DNA of 64,000 nt from a virus (IMGVR_UViG_3300012964_000001:1-64000); one strand, 5' to 3'. Shown: positions 1 through 9,396, counted from the first letter of the stretch. Made by a program: numbers and translations. The notes: generated from the letters alone by a model not told the origin.

Positions 1-2055
1 CTAGTCGAGACGAAGCAGCCGGCTCCGGGCGCGGTTGGCCGACCCGATCGCTATGGCCGGTGTTATCGACCGAAGCCGACCAAGGTCGCGCATCCGGTCC
101 CGTCGCTTGACCGGGATTGGGACTTCATCATCATCGACGAGTGTCACCTGGTCAAAAACCCGAAGGCTCAACGCACCCAAGTCGTCCAGGCGCTGGCCAA
201 GCGCGCGCGCCGGCGGCTCACCCTGACCGGGACCCCGATCGTCAACCGACCGGCCGAGCTCTGGACGATCCTACAGATCACCGATCCGGCCTCATGGGAC
301 GCCGATGGCAAGGGCTGGTGGCGGTTCCGACGCTACACCGGCGGCTATCACTCGGCAGAGCTTCAGCAGAGGCTTCGTGAGACCTGTATGGTCCGCCGGC
401 TGAAAGCCGACGTCCTGACCGAGCTCCCGGCCAAGCGCCGGCAGATCGTCGAGCTCCCGGCCAACGGAGCCGCCCAGGCAATCGCCGCCGAAACCTCCGC
501 TTGGGACGCCCGGCAAGAGGCGCTAGACGGCCTACGGGCCGCCGTTGAGCTCGCGAAGGCTTCCGACAATCCGGCCGATTATGCTCAGGCCGTGTCCGAG
601 CTTCAAGAGGGCCTCCGGGCCGCTTTCGAAGAAATGAGCCGGATTCGTCGCGAAACCGCCGTAGCCAAAATCCCTTACGTGGTCGAGCATGTCCGGATGG
701 CATTAGAGGACGACCCATCGACCAAACTCGTCGTCATGGGTCACCACCATGAGGTGATTGACGGCATCCGCGATCAATTGGCTTCGTTTGGGGCCGTTTC
801 GCTGACCGGACGGGACTCTCTGGACGTCCGGCAGGCGGCGGTCGACCGATTCCAGTCCGATTCGGCCTGTCGGGTGTTCGTCGGATCCATCCAAGCGGCC
901 GGGGTAGGGATTACCCTCACGGCCAGCTCACACGTCGTGTTCGCCGAGCTCGATTGGGTCCCGGGGAACGTCAGCCAAGCAGAGGACCGCGTTCACCGAA
1001 TCGGTCAGACGGCTGAATCTATCCTAATCCAGCACCTAGTCCTCGAAGGGTCGCTGGACGCCCGGATGGCCGAGGTTCTGGTCGCCAAGCAGGAGGTAAT
1101 CGACAGGTCACTCGACCGTAAGACCGAGAACGGCTCGGACGTCCAGTCACGTCCGGTCGTCCCGATCGAGCCAGTGGTTCCGGGGCGCGAAGCTCCGGCG
1201 ACCTCGGGGCCACGGTCCGACCTCGATAGGGTGGCGGCAACCATGACGGCCGAGCGCGCGGCCATGATCCACTCGGCTCTACGGGAGCTCGCCGGCGTGT
1301 GTGACGGGGCCCGCACGCTAGACGGCGCCGGGTTCAGCAAGATCGACGTCCAGATCGGCATATCGCTAGCTTCAGCTCCGCGCCTTAGCGCCCGACAGGC
1401 GGCCCTCGGCCTGAAGCTTGTCCGGAAGTACCGCCGGCAGCTCGGCTCGCTCGCCCAGGCCATCCTGGGCGAGCCTCAGGCCGATCCAGAGGCGACTCCC
1501 TCTCCGGTAGCGGCGCCGGTGGCGGCGCCGGTGGCCTCCCCTGAACCAATCGCGGCCCGGAGCCCCGAACCCCCAAAAGCCGAGCCGGCATTCAAAGCTC
1601 CGGAGTCGAAGCCTGAGACCGAGGTTAGCGATCCGGCAAAGCCGGCCCGTAAGCTACCCGACACGCCGTCCGGCCGCGTCCCAGACTACCGGATCCGCAT
1701 CCTGTCGACCGCCACGCACGATGACATTGTCGGTCTCTACACTAGCTTCCGAGCGGTCGACCAAGTTCTTTCAGGGGCGGCCACCCGAGCGCCCTCCGGG
1801 GTCGGAAGCCACCGGGTGGACTACATGGTGACCCACGTTCCGACTGGAGCGACGTTCGTCGGCCGGATAGAGCTCACGCACCCAAGCCGGCGCAATTGGT
1901 CGCTGGTCTCGCTGGCCCGACACACCCGTCAGGCCGCCCAGGCCGAGGCCGACCTACTGGCTCATTACGGCGGCGCGCCCGAGCGGATCCGGTCACTCCG
2001 ATCCTGGGCCGAGCGGCTGGCGCCGGCCCCAAAAGCCAAGCGAGCCGCGGCCTGA
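1..2055 (+). CDS. SNF2-family helicase/ATPase (5' end outside window) with C-terminal extension
   Basis: Frame 1 is open from nt 1. DExH box DFIIIDECH, motif III LTLTGTPIVN and motif VI EDRVHRIGQT are present. A Pro/Ala-rich linker is followed by an extra domain. Confidence 0.9.
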   Translation, partial: LVETKQPAPGAVGRPDRYGRCYRPKPTKVAHPVPSLDRDWDFIIIDECHLVKNPKAQRTQVVQALAKRARRRLTLTGTPIVNRPAELWTILQITDPASWDADGKGWWRFRRYTGGYHSAELQQRLRETCMVRRLKADVLTELPAKRRQIVELPANGAAQAIAAETSAWDARQEALDGLRAAVELAKASDNPADYAQAVSELQEGLRAAFEEMSRIRRETAVAKIPYVVEHVRMALEDDPSTKLVVMGHHHEVIDGIRDQLASFGAVSLTGRDSLDVRQAAVDRFQSDSACRVFVGSIQAAGVGITLTASSHVVFAELDWVPGNVSQAEDRVHRIGQTAESILIQHLVLEGSLDARMAEVLVAKQEVIDRSLDRKTENGSDVQSRPVVPIEPVVPGREAPATSGPRSDLDRVAATMTAERAAMIHSALRELAGVCDGARTLDGAGFSKIDVQIGISLASAPRLSARQAALGLKLVRKYRRQLGSLAQAILGEPQADPEATPSPVAAPVAAPVASPEPIAARSPEPPKAEPAFKAPESKPETEVSDPAKPARKLPDTPSGRVPDYRIRILSTATHDDIVGLYTSFRAVDQVLSGAATRAPSGVGSHRVDYMVTHVPTGATFVGRIELTHPSRRNWSLVSLARHTRQAAQAEADLLAHYGGAPERIRSLRSWAERLAPAPKAKRAAA

Positions 2056-2079
2056 GGCGACCACGCAAACCTTAGCTCT

Positions 2080-2179
2080 ACCATGACGAGAGTGTCATGG
2101 TATGGCAAAACGGACCCAAGTAGTGAAGATTCCAGAACTTTTCCGGGCCGGTTCCTGGTTCGGTTTTCGACACCATGAC
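2080..2179. promoter_or_regulatory. Inverted repeat ACCATGAC-N6-GTCATGGT plus a third ACCATGAC half-site; candidate operator
   Basis: Read directly: ACCATGAC 2080-2087, GTCATGGT 2094-2101, ACCATGAC 2172-2179. It lies in the 216-bp non-coding gap after the SNF2 stop. Confidence 0.3.
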
Positions 2180-2271
2180 ACACATGTCCTGGTTAGGTAG
2201 TCCCAAGAGGGCCGTGTCCACTCAATCCTTACCATCTTCCTGTTGGCATGGTTATAGCATGAGGGCCTAGC

Positions 2272-2514
2272 GTGACCCACCAAACGACGATTCGAATTCT
2301 CAGCCGCAAAAACAACCAGCCGATCAAGTTCGTTCCGGTCGGTTGTGGCTACGTCAGCCAAACGACCGGACTTACCCGAATCCGTCTGAGCCGGGACGAA
2401 TGGGGTACCATGGGCTCGGACGGACTGGTCCGTGTCCGCGGTCTGAGCGACCCGGTCGCCGTCGCAGACGCCCTGAGAATGGGTCGCCGATCGGCCCGAA
2501 CCCCCGAAGACTGA
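2272..2514 (+). CDS. hypothetical small protein (80 aa, GTG start)
   Basis: The ORF is co-oriented with the block. Its stop lies 10 nt before stem-loop element copy 1. Confidence 0.4.
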   Translation: MTHQTTIRILSRKNNQPIKFVPVGCGYVSQTTGLTRIRLSRDEWGTMGSDGLVRVRGLSDPVAVADALRMGRRSARTPED

Positions 2515-2562
2515 CCTCGGCGCCCGCCCGGCAGGCGACTCCCGGGCGGTAACGGAAGCCAG
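2511..2562 (+). repeat. Conserved intergenic stem-loop element, copy 1 (terminator-like, no U-tract)
   Basis: CCGCCCGG 2524-2531 pairs with CCGGGCGG 2542-2549, with a 10-nt loop. The 52-nt block is near-identical to the copies at 2869 and 4788. Confidence 0.7.
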
Positions 2563-2595
2563 TCGGCTCCGTTCCCGAAAAGGACACCACCCACC

Positions 2596-2868
2596 ATGAT
2601 CAAGCACCGCAAACCACGCAACCGACCGACCAGCATTGTCCGCTACGCCGCAACGCCGGCCATCACGGCCGCGCACGAACAGGACGGCCTCGTGGCCTTC
2701 GAGCAGGCCGAGACCGACCTGACCCTTTCGCTCGGAGCCGACCGACGGCAAGAGACACTCTCGGCGCTCGAAGACCGGGCCCGCTGTGAGCTCGCCATCG
2801 AGTCACGGGCGGCTGAACTCGCCACCGCTCGAGCAGCCCGACTCGAGAGTTTCTTGGCACGGTTTTAG
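2596..2868 (+). CDS. hypothetical protein, paralog A of 4942-5232 (90 aa)
   Basis: Differences from paralog B over the first ~50 codons are almost all third-position synonymous in this frame (aag/aaa, ccg/cca, agc/agt, att/atc, cac/cat, gaa/gag, gac/gat, gtg/gtc). AGGA lies upstream of the ATG. Confidence 0.75.
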   Translation: MIKHRKPRNRPTSIVRYAATPAITAAHEQDGLVAFEQAETDLTLSLGADRRQETLSALEDRARCELAIESRAAELATARAARLESFLARF

Positions 2869-2920
2869 CTGACCTCGGCGCCCGCCCGGCAGGCAACTCC
2901 CGGGCGGTAGCGGAAGCCAG
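2869..2920 (+). repeat. Conserved intergenic stem-loop element, copy 2
   Basis: Stem 2882-2889 / 2900-2907. It differs from copy 1 at 2 of 52 nt and starts right after the stop at 2868. Confidence 0.7.
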
Positions 2921-2958
2921 ACACATTACACCACCCATCACCCCCCGGAGGCGGCCCC

Positions 2959-3339
2959 ATGGCACGCAAGACCAACCCCACACCAGTCCCGACTCTACCC
3001 CCAGTCATTCCGGCGTCCGAGATTGTAGCGGCCTACCGGCGCGCGAAGGCCGCGCAGGCCGAAGCGGACCGACTAGCAGCTGAGGCCAGAGCAGCCGCTC
3101 TGGCGCAGCATGAGGCGCACCACGTTACCGAGTGGCTCTCAGCCGACGGCACCGTGAGCCTCGTTCAGGTCGCGGGCCGCCAAACCCGCGAATTCGACGC
3201 CGAGCGCGCCCGCCACTTCATGACGCCCGAGCAGTGGGAATCATGCTCGAGCCTCAAGGTCGGAAGACCCGGCGTACGCGTCAGCTACGAGCCGTCGCCC
3301 GCCGTCAAGGCCGAGCCGTCTCTCCGACTGGTCGGGTGA
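2959..3339 (+). CDS. hypothetical protein (126 aa)
   Basis: ATG ORF preceded by GGAGG and tightly followed by the next ATG at 3343. Confidence 0.55.
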   Translation: MARKTNPTPVPTLPPVIPASEIVAAYRRAKAAQAEADRLAAEARAAALAQHEAHHVTEWLSADGTVSLVQVAGRQTREFDAERARHFMTPEQWESCSSLKVGRPGVRVSYEPSPAVKAEPSLRLVG

Positions 3340-3342
3340 GCC

Positions 3343-4035
3343 ATGGCACGCACCCTGGACAATCTACTGACGTTCGTCCGGTCGCACGACACCGAAGACA
3401 GCATGCCAGCGATCAGGCTGGTTCTGGTCGCCATGGCTCCAACGTTAGCTCGCGAGCTCGGCGTTACCCTGGCCACGCTCCGGCAATGGATCGAATCCGA
3501 AACGGACGACCAAACTATGGTCAGCCGACTCTATCCGATCATCCGAAAGGGCCAAAAGATCGACCGAGCGCGCCAGCGTGATTCGGCCCTATCGGACACC
3601 GGCAAGGCTGTCTCGGAAGTCGCGAGCCGGGCAACCTGGAATCACGGTCGGCTCGAACTGGACGCCCCGGCGTTACTCCGAGGGAAGCTCCCGCCGGCCG
3701 GAGGCTATCTGGTAGTCTCAAGCCCGCTATGGGAGGTTTGGATTGACGCTGGCCGACTCCGAAAGTTCGCTCGGCTCCCGCAGGCCAAGCGCGCGCGCGC
3801 TTGGGTCGACGGCAAGGGTTTCCACTTACGATGGGGGACCGGCGGTCTCGACCTCATTCCCCAGCCATCCGATCGCAATGCCCCAGTGGCCGTCATGTCG
3901 GTCGGAAAGCCCGCAGAGATCCGAGTAACACCCACCGAGCCGACCACGGTAGTTGACCTGGCGCTCGTAAGGGCTTTCCGCAGCAAGCACCCGGAGGAAC
4001 GACTCAGCAGGCCCATCGCCCGATCAATCCTCTAG
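3343..4035 (+). CDS. hypothetical protein (230 aa)
   Basis: Long ORF in the co-oriented block. Its stop is followed by stem-loop copy 3. Confidence 0.6.
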   Translation: MARTLDNLLTFVRSHDTEDSMPAIRLVLVAMAPTLARELGVTLATLRQWIESETDDQTMVSRLYPIIRKGQKIDRARQRDSALSDTGKAVSEVASRATWNHGRLELDAPALLRGKLPPAGGYLVVSSPLWEVWIDAGRLRKFARLPQAKRARAWVDGKGFHLRWGTGGLDLIPQPSDRNAPVAVMSVGKPAEIRVTPTEPTTVVDLALVRAFRSKHPEERLSRPIARSIL

Positions 4036-4036
4036 C

Positions 4037-4090
4037 GTACCCCCGCACCCCGCCCGGCAGCCACGCGTTCCCGGGCGGTATCGGAGGCAC
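4037..4090 (+). repeat. Conserved intergenic stem-loop element, copy 3 (diverged loop)
   Basis: The same 8-bp stem is present: CCGCCCGG 4050-4057 / CCGGGCGG 4071-4078. The loop is 13 nt and the flanks are diverged. Confidence 0.6.
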
Positions 4091-4092
4091 CG

Positions 4093-4317
4093 ATGCACGC
4101 CACCACACACACCACACCCACCCAAGCCCTCGCAATCGCGGAGCTCCATCTCCGGATTACTCGCCTCGCCCTCTACCGTCAGCAGGCTTGGCATCGCGCC
4201 ATGACCCGCACCCGACGGACTCGTCGGCATGCGGACGAAGACCTCACGCAATGGCACCGCCACGGAGTGGCTCTGGCCAGCGCCAGAGCTCAGCTCTCAC
4301 GATTACAGGAGTCCTGA
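4093..4317 (+). CDS. hypothetical small protein (74 aa)
   Basis: The ORF has an ATGA stop/start overlap with the next gene at 4315-4319. Confidence 0.45.
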   Translation: MHATTHTTPTQALAIAELHLRITRLALYRQQAWHRAMTRTRRTRRHADEDLTQWHRHGVALASARAQLSRLQES

Positions 4318-4790
4318 TGTTCCCAGTATTAACCATCGGCTATCAAAAACTCCAACCGGCCGACTTGGCCGCAATTGTCGAACAGACCGGCGCGCTGGTC
4401 GTGGATGTCCGGTCCCGTCCTACCTCCGGTCGTATGACCAGAGGGTTCAGCCGGGCCGACCTGGAGCGGCTCTTGGGACACGCCTACCACTGGCGTGGAG
4501 ACACGCTCGGAGGGTTAGGCTTAGGGCCTACCCATGTGGGCATCGCGTCATTGGCTGAGCAGGCTAACAGCCAGCTGAACATCCTATTATGTAGGGAGGA
4601 AAGTCCTGGTGAGTGTCACCGTCACCACATGATCGCCATCCCGCTCCGGAAGCACGGAATCGAGGTCTGGCACCTGTTCCGCGACGAGGCCATCACGGCC
4701 GACGAAGTGACCAAATTCTGGGCCTCGAAGGGAACGAAGCCCTACACCTACTCGCCGGCCTCCGAGGTCTTGGATGCTTACTCGATCTGA
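4317..4790 (+). CDS. DUF488-family protein
   Basis: TIGYQK...VVDVRSRPTS...LLCREESPGECHRHH matches the DUF488 pattern (TIGH, DVR-x-P-S, C-x-E-x3-CHR). Start chosen at the ATG overlapping the upstream TGA. Confidence 0.75.
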   Translation: MFPVLTIGYQKLQPADLAAIVEQTGALVVDVRSRPTSGRMTRGFSRADLERLLGHAYHWRGDTLGGLGLGPTHVGIASLAEQANSQLNILLCREESPGECHRHHMIAIPLRKHGIEVWHLFRDEAITADEVTKFWASKGTKPYTYSPASEVLDAYSI

Positions 4791-4840
4791 CCCCCGCATC
4801 CCGCCCGGCAGGCGACTCCCGGGCGGTAGCGGAAGCCAGC
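4788..4840 (+). repeat. Conserved intergenic stem-loop element, copy 4
   Basis: Stem 4801-4808 / 4819-4826. The loop and the 3' flank GGTAGCGGAAGCCAG are identical to copy 2. Confidence 0.7.
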
Positions 4841-4941
4841 GGCGACCGCGACCAGGGCCGTCCCGAGCAGGCGGCCACCGGCTCCCCCGGTCGCAAAAGG
4901 TGGGGAGCCACCCCCTTTACCCCCTGAGGACACCACCCACC

Positions 4942-5232
4942 ATGATCAAACACCGCAAACCACGCACCCGACCAACCAGTATCGTCCGCTACGCCGCAAC
5001 GCCGGCCATCACGGCCGCCCATGAGCAGGATGGCCTCGTCGCCTTCGAGCAGGCTGAGACCGACCTGACCCTTTCGCTCGGAGCCGACCGACGGCAAGAG
5101 GCTTGCCGGGCCATCCAGGACCGGGCCCAATGCGAACTCAGTATCGAGCAACGGGCCGCCGACCGCGCAACGGCGCGGGCTTCGCGCTTGGAAGCTTTTC
5201 TGGCACGATTCGATGGAGGGGAACATGCGTAA
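4942..5232 (+). CDS. hypothetical protein, paralog B of 2596-2868
   Basis: MIKHRKPR...FLARF is collinear with paralog A, with the same RBS context (AGGACACCACCCACCATG). Confidence 0.75.
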   Translation: MIKHRKPRTRPTSIVRYAATPAITAAHEQDGLVAFEQAETDLTLSLGADRRQEACRAIQDRAQCELSIEQRAADRATARASRLEAFLARFDGGEHA

Positions 5233-5989
5233 GCCCATCACGACGTTCGTGCGCGTCCGTCTGGACGCTCCCCCAGAACTCCCGTTGGAGCTACTCGACC
5301 GCGTCGTTCACCTGGCGCCCACAGTCACCGGCCAGTGCTACGCGCTCGTAGGTGTCGCCAGCAGTGACGTCGACGTGGTGGTCTCGCAGGATGCCTACGA
5401 CCCCCGGGACCCCCGGGACGAGCTAGTAGCCGAGCTCGCGGAGAAGACCGGCAAGTACGATGGTTCCGTGCGCGATCGACTACTGCTGCGTCGCCTGCCT
5501 GGACACCAGACACGCGACCTCCAGACCGGGACGGTCGAGCTCGTCGACTATGACGGCCAGGCCGACCTGGTCATCACCACGGAGGATGGCGCGGCCACAC
5601 GGCGCACCTACCGCCGGTGGACTCACGAGCTGACCGATTCACCCCACGCCGGCGCGATCGTGCGCTGGCACTGGAGGCGGTACTACCCGTTTTTGTCGGA
5701 GGCCGAGATCACTACACTGGCCGATGGATTCGGTGAACGAGCCGCCGGCCTCACATTGGCCGCGGCCAACCGACTCGCATCACGTGAGCTCTATTCAATG
5801 GCACGCGCCGCCGGCTGGCGGAAGCTCACGTTGCGCGAACAGCAGGCCCTAGGGCTCGAGGGGCAATGGCACCGCGACGACGTCGTGGCAGATCGTCGCG
5901 CCGACCAGGCACACCGGTCGGGGTGCGGAGAGCGGACCCTTTTGGCGGCATCAATGGCCGCTCACATCGCCGATTGGATGGACCGATGA
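5213..5989 (+). CDS. hypothetical protein (258 aa; start may be 5225)
   Basis: Long ORF with an ATGA overlap to the next gene at 5986. Confidence 0.6.
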   Translation: MEGNMRKPITTFVRVRLDAPPELPLELLDRVVHLAPTVTGQCYALVGVASSDVDVVVSQDAYDPRDPRDELVAELAEKTGKYDGSVRDRLLLRRLPGHQTRDLQTGTVELVDYDGQADLVITTEDGAATRRTYRRWTHELTDSPHAGAIVRWHWRRYYPFLSEAEITTLADGFGERAAGLTLAAANRLASRELYSMARAAGWRKLTLREQQALGLEGQWHRDDVVADRRADQAHRSGCGERTLLAASMAAHIADWMDR

Positions 5990-6249
5990 ACCACCATTGT
6001 CACCCACCAAGCTGTGCTATCTGCCGGCAGCTCGCCGGCGGAGAGCCCAGTGGCAACGTCGGGGATCTGGCGGACACGATCGCCCAGTACCTCGAAAACG
6101 CCGAGGCCGAGCCTTCGGACCGAGCACCGGAACCACCCACCTTGGCCGAGGCACGCGCGGCCGTCGCCCAGATTCGCAAGGTGCTCGACGCGGTCGAGCT
6201 CCGCCTTGAAGTGTTTCGATCAACCGTACCGACGTTGGCACGGTTATAG
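5986..6249 (+). CDS. hypothetical protein (87 aa)
   Basis: In-frame ATG overlapping the upstream stop (ATGA). Confidence 0.5.
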   Translation: MNHHCHPPSCAICRQLAGGEPSGNVGDLADTIAQYLENAEAEPSDRAPEPPTLAEARAAVAQIRKVLDAVELRLEVFRSTVPTLARL

Positions 6250-6263
6250 CTACCCAGGTCCCA

Positions 6264-6545
6264 ATGGCACCCAAAAAGACCCTCGTCTACGGCAATGTCC
6301 TCCAGGAGCTCGAAGACGATGCTCCGCCGCTACTCCGTCGGCTTCGGCAGACGGCCGTGGCTGGCATAAAACGCGAACTCAAGCGCTCTTCGAGCGCCGT
6401 TGAAGCTGCCGAACGGCTTGGGGTTACCTATCATTCGCTGATTCGCCTGGTCCGGGAGCACTGGAGCGAATTCGGGGATGCCTACAATGCCTGCGCCCAG
6501 ATTGGCCACCGTCCCCAAAAAGGACCGACCGCTTTCCGGATCTAG
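6264..6545 (+). CDS. small helix-turn-helix protein (Fis/HTH_8-like C-terminus)
   Basis: AAERLGVTYHSLIRLVRE resembles Fis-type HTH motifs. Confidence 0.5.
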   Translation: MAPKKTLVYGNVLQELEDDAPPLLRRLRQTAVAGIKRELKRSSSAVEAAERLGVTYHSLIRLVREHWSEFGDAYNACAQIGHRPQKGPTAFRI

Positions 6546-6658
6546 CCCCCATCCGCCGCAGAGGCCGCCCCGGGTCGCGCCCGGGACGGGGGCCCGAGTC
6601 CACAAGGACTCGCCGTGCACGTTCTGTGCACGGCAACAAGACAGACAGGATCAATCCC

Positions 6659-7681
6659 ATGAACATCACCTTCAAAGTCGACCAGGCAGCCGCGCTCAAA
6701 GCCGGCATCAATGCACCCACCAGCACGGTCAAGCTCGACATCGACCCAGCTGAGCTCACCCAGCAGGAGCGCGAGTTTTTGGCCAGCGCACTCACGGACG
6801 GTTACGACGCGACCAAACGTGGGGGTATTTCGTCCTTCGATCCCAACACCCGCTCGTCTGCACTTTACCTCCTACGACCGGACCTGCAGGGAGTCCGGGA
6901 GGCTATCGCGCTACGGTACGCCCAGTTGGAGTCCGATCGTGCGGCAGCAGAGCAGCGCTCTTTGATTCGCCGCCAAGAGGTCGACCGCGATATCTCCGCG
7001 GCTATGGCCGCGGTCGATAGCGAAAACATTCCCGTCGGAATGGTCGATGGGGAACTCGGTACTGACCACTATCGTGTCTATCGGGTCCGTACTAAGGTTA
7101 GGGTACCGAAATTACAGTATTTCGGTACTAGTACATTAAGCGATGCATCTCCCGAAGTCCGCGAACAGTATGTGTCGGCCAGTAGCGCTATTCAGGTCGA
7201 GCGCGAGAGGCTCATAGAATCAGCTCGTCCAGAGCTCGAGCGACTGCAGTCGGAGGCGAATGCTATTCGGGAAGCCGAACAAGCTCAGTACGACGCCCTC
7301 TACGCACGTCTCCCTGAAGCACTACGAGTACGCCTTAAGGCCGGATACGCCACTTCGACAGAGGTGACCGAGGGGATTGAATCTCTGCTCCGGCAGGACG
7401 CCGGATTCCCCGCTGAACTCGAGAGTTGGAATGACGAAGCTGACCTCAAGGTATTGACCGACGCACAATTCGCTCGGCTACTACAGGTCGAGAGCTCGGC
7501 ACCTGAAGGCGCCGAGGTCCAACCAGTCAGGATCAAGCGCGTAACCTATCGTCCCGCCCAAGACGGTGAGTACGGAGACGATGATGGCGAGATTGCAGTA
7601 AATACCTACAGCGATGTCGTGCTGCTCGAGTGGTCGCGCGGTGGCGTCACCGCGCAAGCAATAGTTCCGCTCGATGAATAA
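6659..7681 (+). CDS. hypothetical protein (340 aa; alternative GTG start 6626)
   Basis: Long ORF with AGGA 8 nt upstream of ATG 6659, followed by a strong hairpin. Confidence 0.65.
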   Translation: MNITFKVDQAAALKAGINAPTSTVKLDIDPAELTQQEREFLASALTDGYDATKRGGISSFDPNTRSSALYLLRPDLQGVREAIALRYAQLESDRAAAEQRSLIRRQEVDRDISAAMAAVDSENIPVGMVDGELGTDHYRVYRVRTKVRVPKLQYFGTSTLSDASPEVREQYVSASSAIQVERERLIESARPELERLQSEANAIREAEQAQYDALYARLPEALRVRLKAGYATSTEVTEGIESLLRQDAGFPAELESWNDEADLKVLTDAQFARLLQVESSAPEGAEVQPVRIKRVTYRPAQDGEYGDDDGEIAVNTYSDVVLLEWSRGGVTAQAIVPLDE

Positions 7682-7683
7682 CA

Positions 7684-7727
7684 GCTAAAGTCCGAGCCTC
7701 CGCACCGAAAGGTGCGGGGGCTTTAGC
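7684..7727 (+). terminator. Stem-loop immediately after the 6659-7681 stop
   Basis: Inner stem CCTCCGCACC 7697-7706 / GGTGCGGGGG 7711-7720 with a GAAA loop. Outer stem GCTAAAG 7684-7690 / CTTTAGC 7721-7727. No clear U-tract. Confidence 0.55.
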
Positions 7728-7917
7728 GGTGTGAACATCATTTACACCATGGTGTGTAACAACGGAGGTCATATGGGGCCAGGCCAGCAATGAGTTGGCG
7801 CGAAAGCAGCCCTACGACGCGCGGGTGACGCCCGCTATCCAGACAATCCGTTCTCCTAGCCCGGTAGGCGCTCTCACGAGTCAGACCCCGGGCTCGAGCC
7901 ATCAGAGCCCCCCGCCG

Positions 7918-8133
7918 ATGACACACCTCCCTGATACCAGTTCCACCACGACTGACCTTCCGCCGGTGTTTCGAGAGAGCGATTGGGACGCATGGCGCAA
8001 AGGCCACGAGCTATCGGCAGAGCTGCAACAGCAGATATCGCAGGCTGACGCCACCGCAACCACCGTGGTCCTGACACGGGGCAAGAACCGCCAAATTCTG
8101 CTCAGCGACGGAAAAGGATGGTCGACACCCTGA
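7918..8133 (+). CDS. hypothetical small protein (start uncertain)
   Basis: In-frame ATG inside ORF 7795-8133. The only evidence is orientation and its stop abutting the next gene. Confidence 0.3.
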   Translation: MTHLPDTSSTTTDLPPVFRESDWDAWRKGHELSAELQQQISQADATATTVVLTRGKNRQILLSDGKGWSTP

Positions 8134-8160
8134 TCGGTGCCAACCCTGAGGACCCAAACA

Positions 8161-8670
8161 ATGCGCACTATAACCCTATTGTTCTCTACCGTCGTTCTTT
8201 CATGCGGAGACCCGTCGGCCTCGCTAGCTCCGGAGAGCGACCTCTTTGACTCGAGCGCGACCTCACCAGCGGCGGGTGGCGCCAACATCGATTCAACTGC
8301 CCCGAAGCCTACTGCTGCGCTGAAGATTGGCGCTGAGGGAGGCTCCGGTGGAATGCAGAGTCTAGATGCAATGGCGATCGCAGGGATGGGGCCTGAGACT
8401 GGTGGATATGGAGGCGGGTCAGCGGCCTCTACCGAAGTCGACCCATGCTGGATCGTCCAATCAGTCTGCTACTGTGGACTACCGATCACCGCTCCCGGAG
8501 GTTCACCCCTCATTGTCGACCGCTGTGAGCCTCCGGTGACACCGAACCCTACTCTCGAGTGGTGCTGCGACACCTGGGCCGGCGTCTGCCGGTGCTGGCA
8601 ACGACAACCCGGAGAATGCCAATACTGGCGCGAAGAGGGTTCGTGGGTAGAGGGTTGCTCGGCCGTCTGA
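8161..8670 (+). CDS. putative secreted lipoprotein, Cys-rich C-terminus
   Basis: MRTITLLFSTVVLSCG is a signal peptide with a lipobox-like VLSC. GAGGA lies 9 nt upstream of the ATG. Confidence 0.6.
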   Translation: MRTITLLFSTVVLSCGDPSASLAPESDLFDSSATSPAAGGANIDSTAPKPTAALKIGAEGGSGGMQSLDAMAIAGMGPETGGYGGGSAASTEVDPCWIVQSVCYCGLPITAPGGSPLIVDRCEPPVTPNPTLEWCCDTWAGVCRCWQRQPGECQYWREEGSWVEGCSAV

Positions 8671-8674
8671 GAGT

Positions 8675-9010
8675 TCAGATAATCTTCCGGATTCGGTCAA
8701 GGTCGTGCTCTTCGTAGATTTCCTCGGCCACTTCTCGAAAGACTGTCATCAGACGGTTCGGGCTGATATGCTCGCTTCTGTGGAGAGCGAATGGGTCGTT
8801 GATGCTAGGGTTTAGTTCCGGTAACGCTGCATAAATCCTTCGCATAGTGGTATAGACGAGTCGGCCGACGTGATATGTCGGATCGGGAGCCCCATCCTGC
8901 ACCCTACGTTTTATGTACCGCCTCAATCGGTCTTCAGCGTTCCGTGTGTCACCCCATTCCAAAGCTAACGCCGCTTCTCGCAGCGTTATTGGGTAGGTTG
9001 AATGATTCAT
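8675..9010 (-). CDS. hypothetical protein (111 aa)
   Basis: ATG (MNHSTYP) is preceded by GGTGGA. The upstream gene stops at 9013. Confidence 0.5.
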   Translation of the reverse strand: MNHSTYPITLREAALALEWGDTRNAEDRLRRYIKRRVQDGAPDPTYHVGRLVYTTMRRIYAALPELNPSINDPFALHRSEHISPNRLMTVFREVAEEIYEEHDLDRIRKII

Positions 9011-9012
9011 AG

Positions 9013-9396
9013 TTATCCACCGTTCACGCGCAATAAGTAGAGCAGCTTCGCAGCGCGCGATAAGCTGATCACCCCTTTGCCTTTGCAGCGCTGACACCGG
9101 ATTCGGCGGATGGCGAAGATCCCAATCTTGGCCCAGTCAATGCCGACGCACTGGGTACTTCCGTTCATGTTTGGGTACCGATACTGGTTGCTCTTGATCT
9201 CCTGCACCTCTAAGGGGTGCCCATTCTTGATCATCTTGGCCGTGACGCGCTTTTGGCGTGGTTTACCATCACGCCAGTTGAAGCCACGGCCTTCGCAAGC
9301 ACGGCATCTGCGTCCTTCGTCGGCCAATCCCTCCCTTTCTAGTAGGCGCTCAAGCCTCCGGGCGTCGCAGTGGTCTCGGTAGGATGTTTCCTTCAT
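9013..9396 (-). CDS. zinc-finger protein with two DnaJ-type CxxCxGxG motifs
   Basis: CRACEGRG and CQRCKGKG are present. ATG (MKETS) is preceded by GGAGG. Confidence 0.5.
   Translation of the reverse strand: MKETSYRDHCDARRLERLLEREGLADEGRRCRACEGRGFNWRDGKPRQKRVTAKMIKNGHPLEVQEIKSNQYRYPNMNGSTQCVGIDWAKIGIFAIRRIRCQRCKGKGVISLSRAAKLLYLLRVNGG

Noticed and set aside
2095-2751. The 218-aa minus ORF and its twin at 4693-5241 (182 aa), antisense to the paralogous small genes.
   Set aside because: The substitution pattern between the two DNA copies is third-position synonymous only in the + frame, so the antisense ORFs are shadows.
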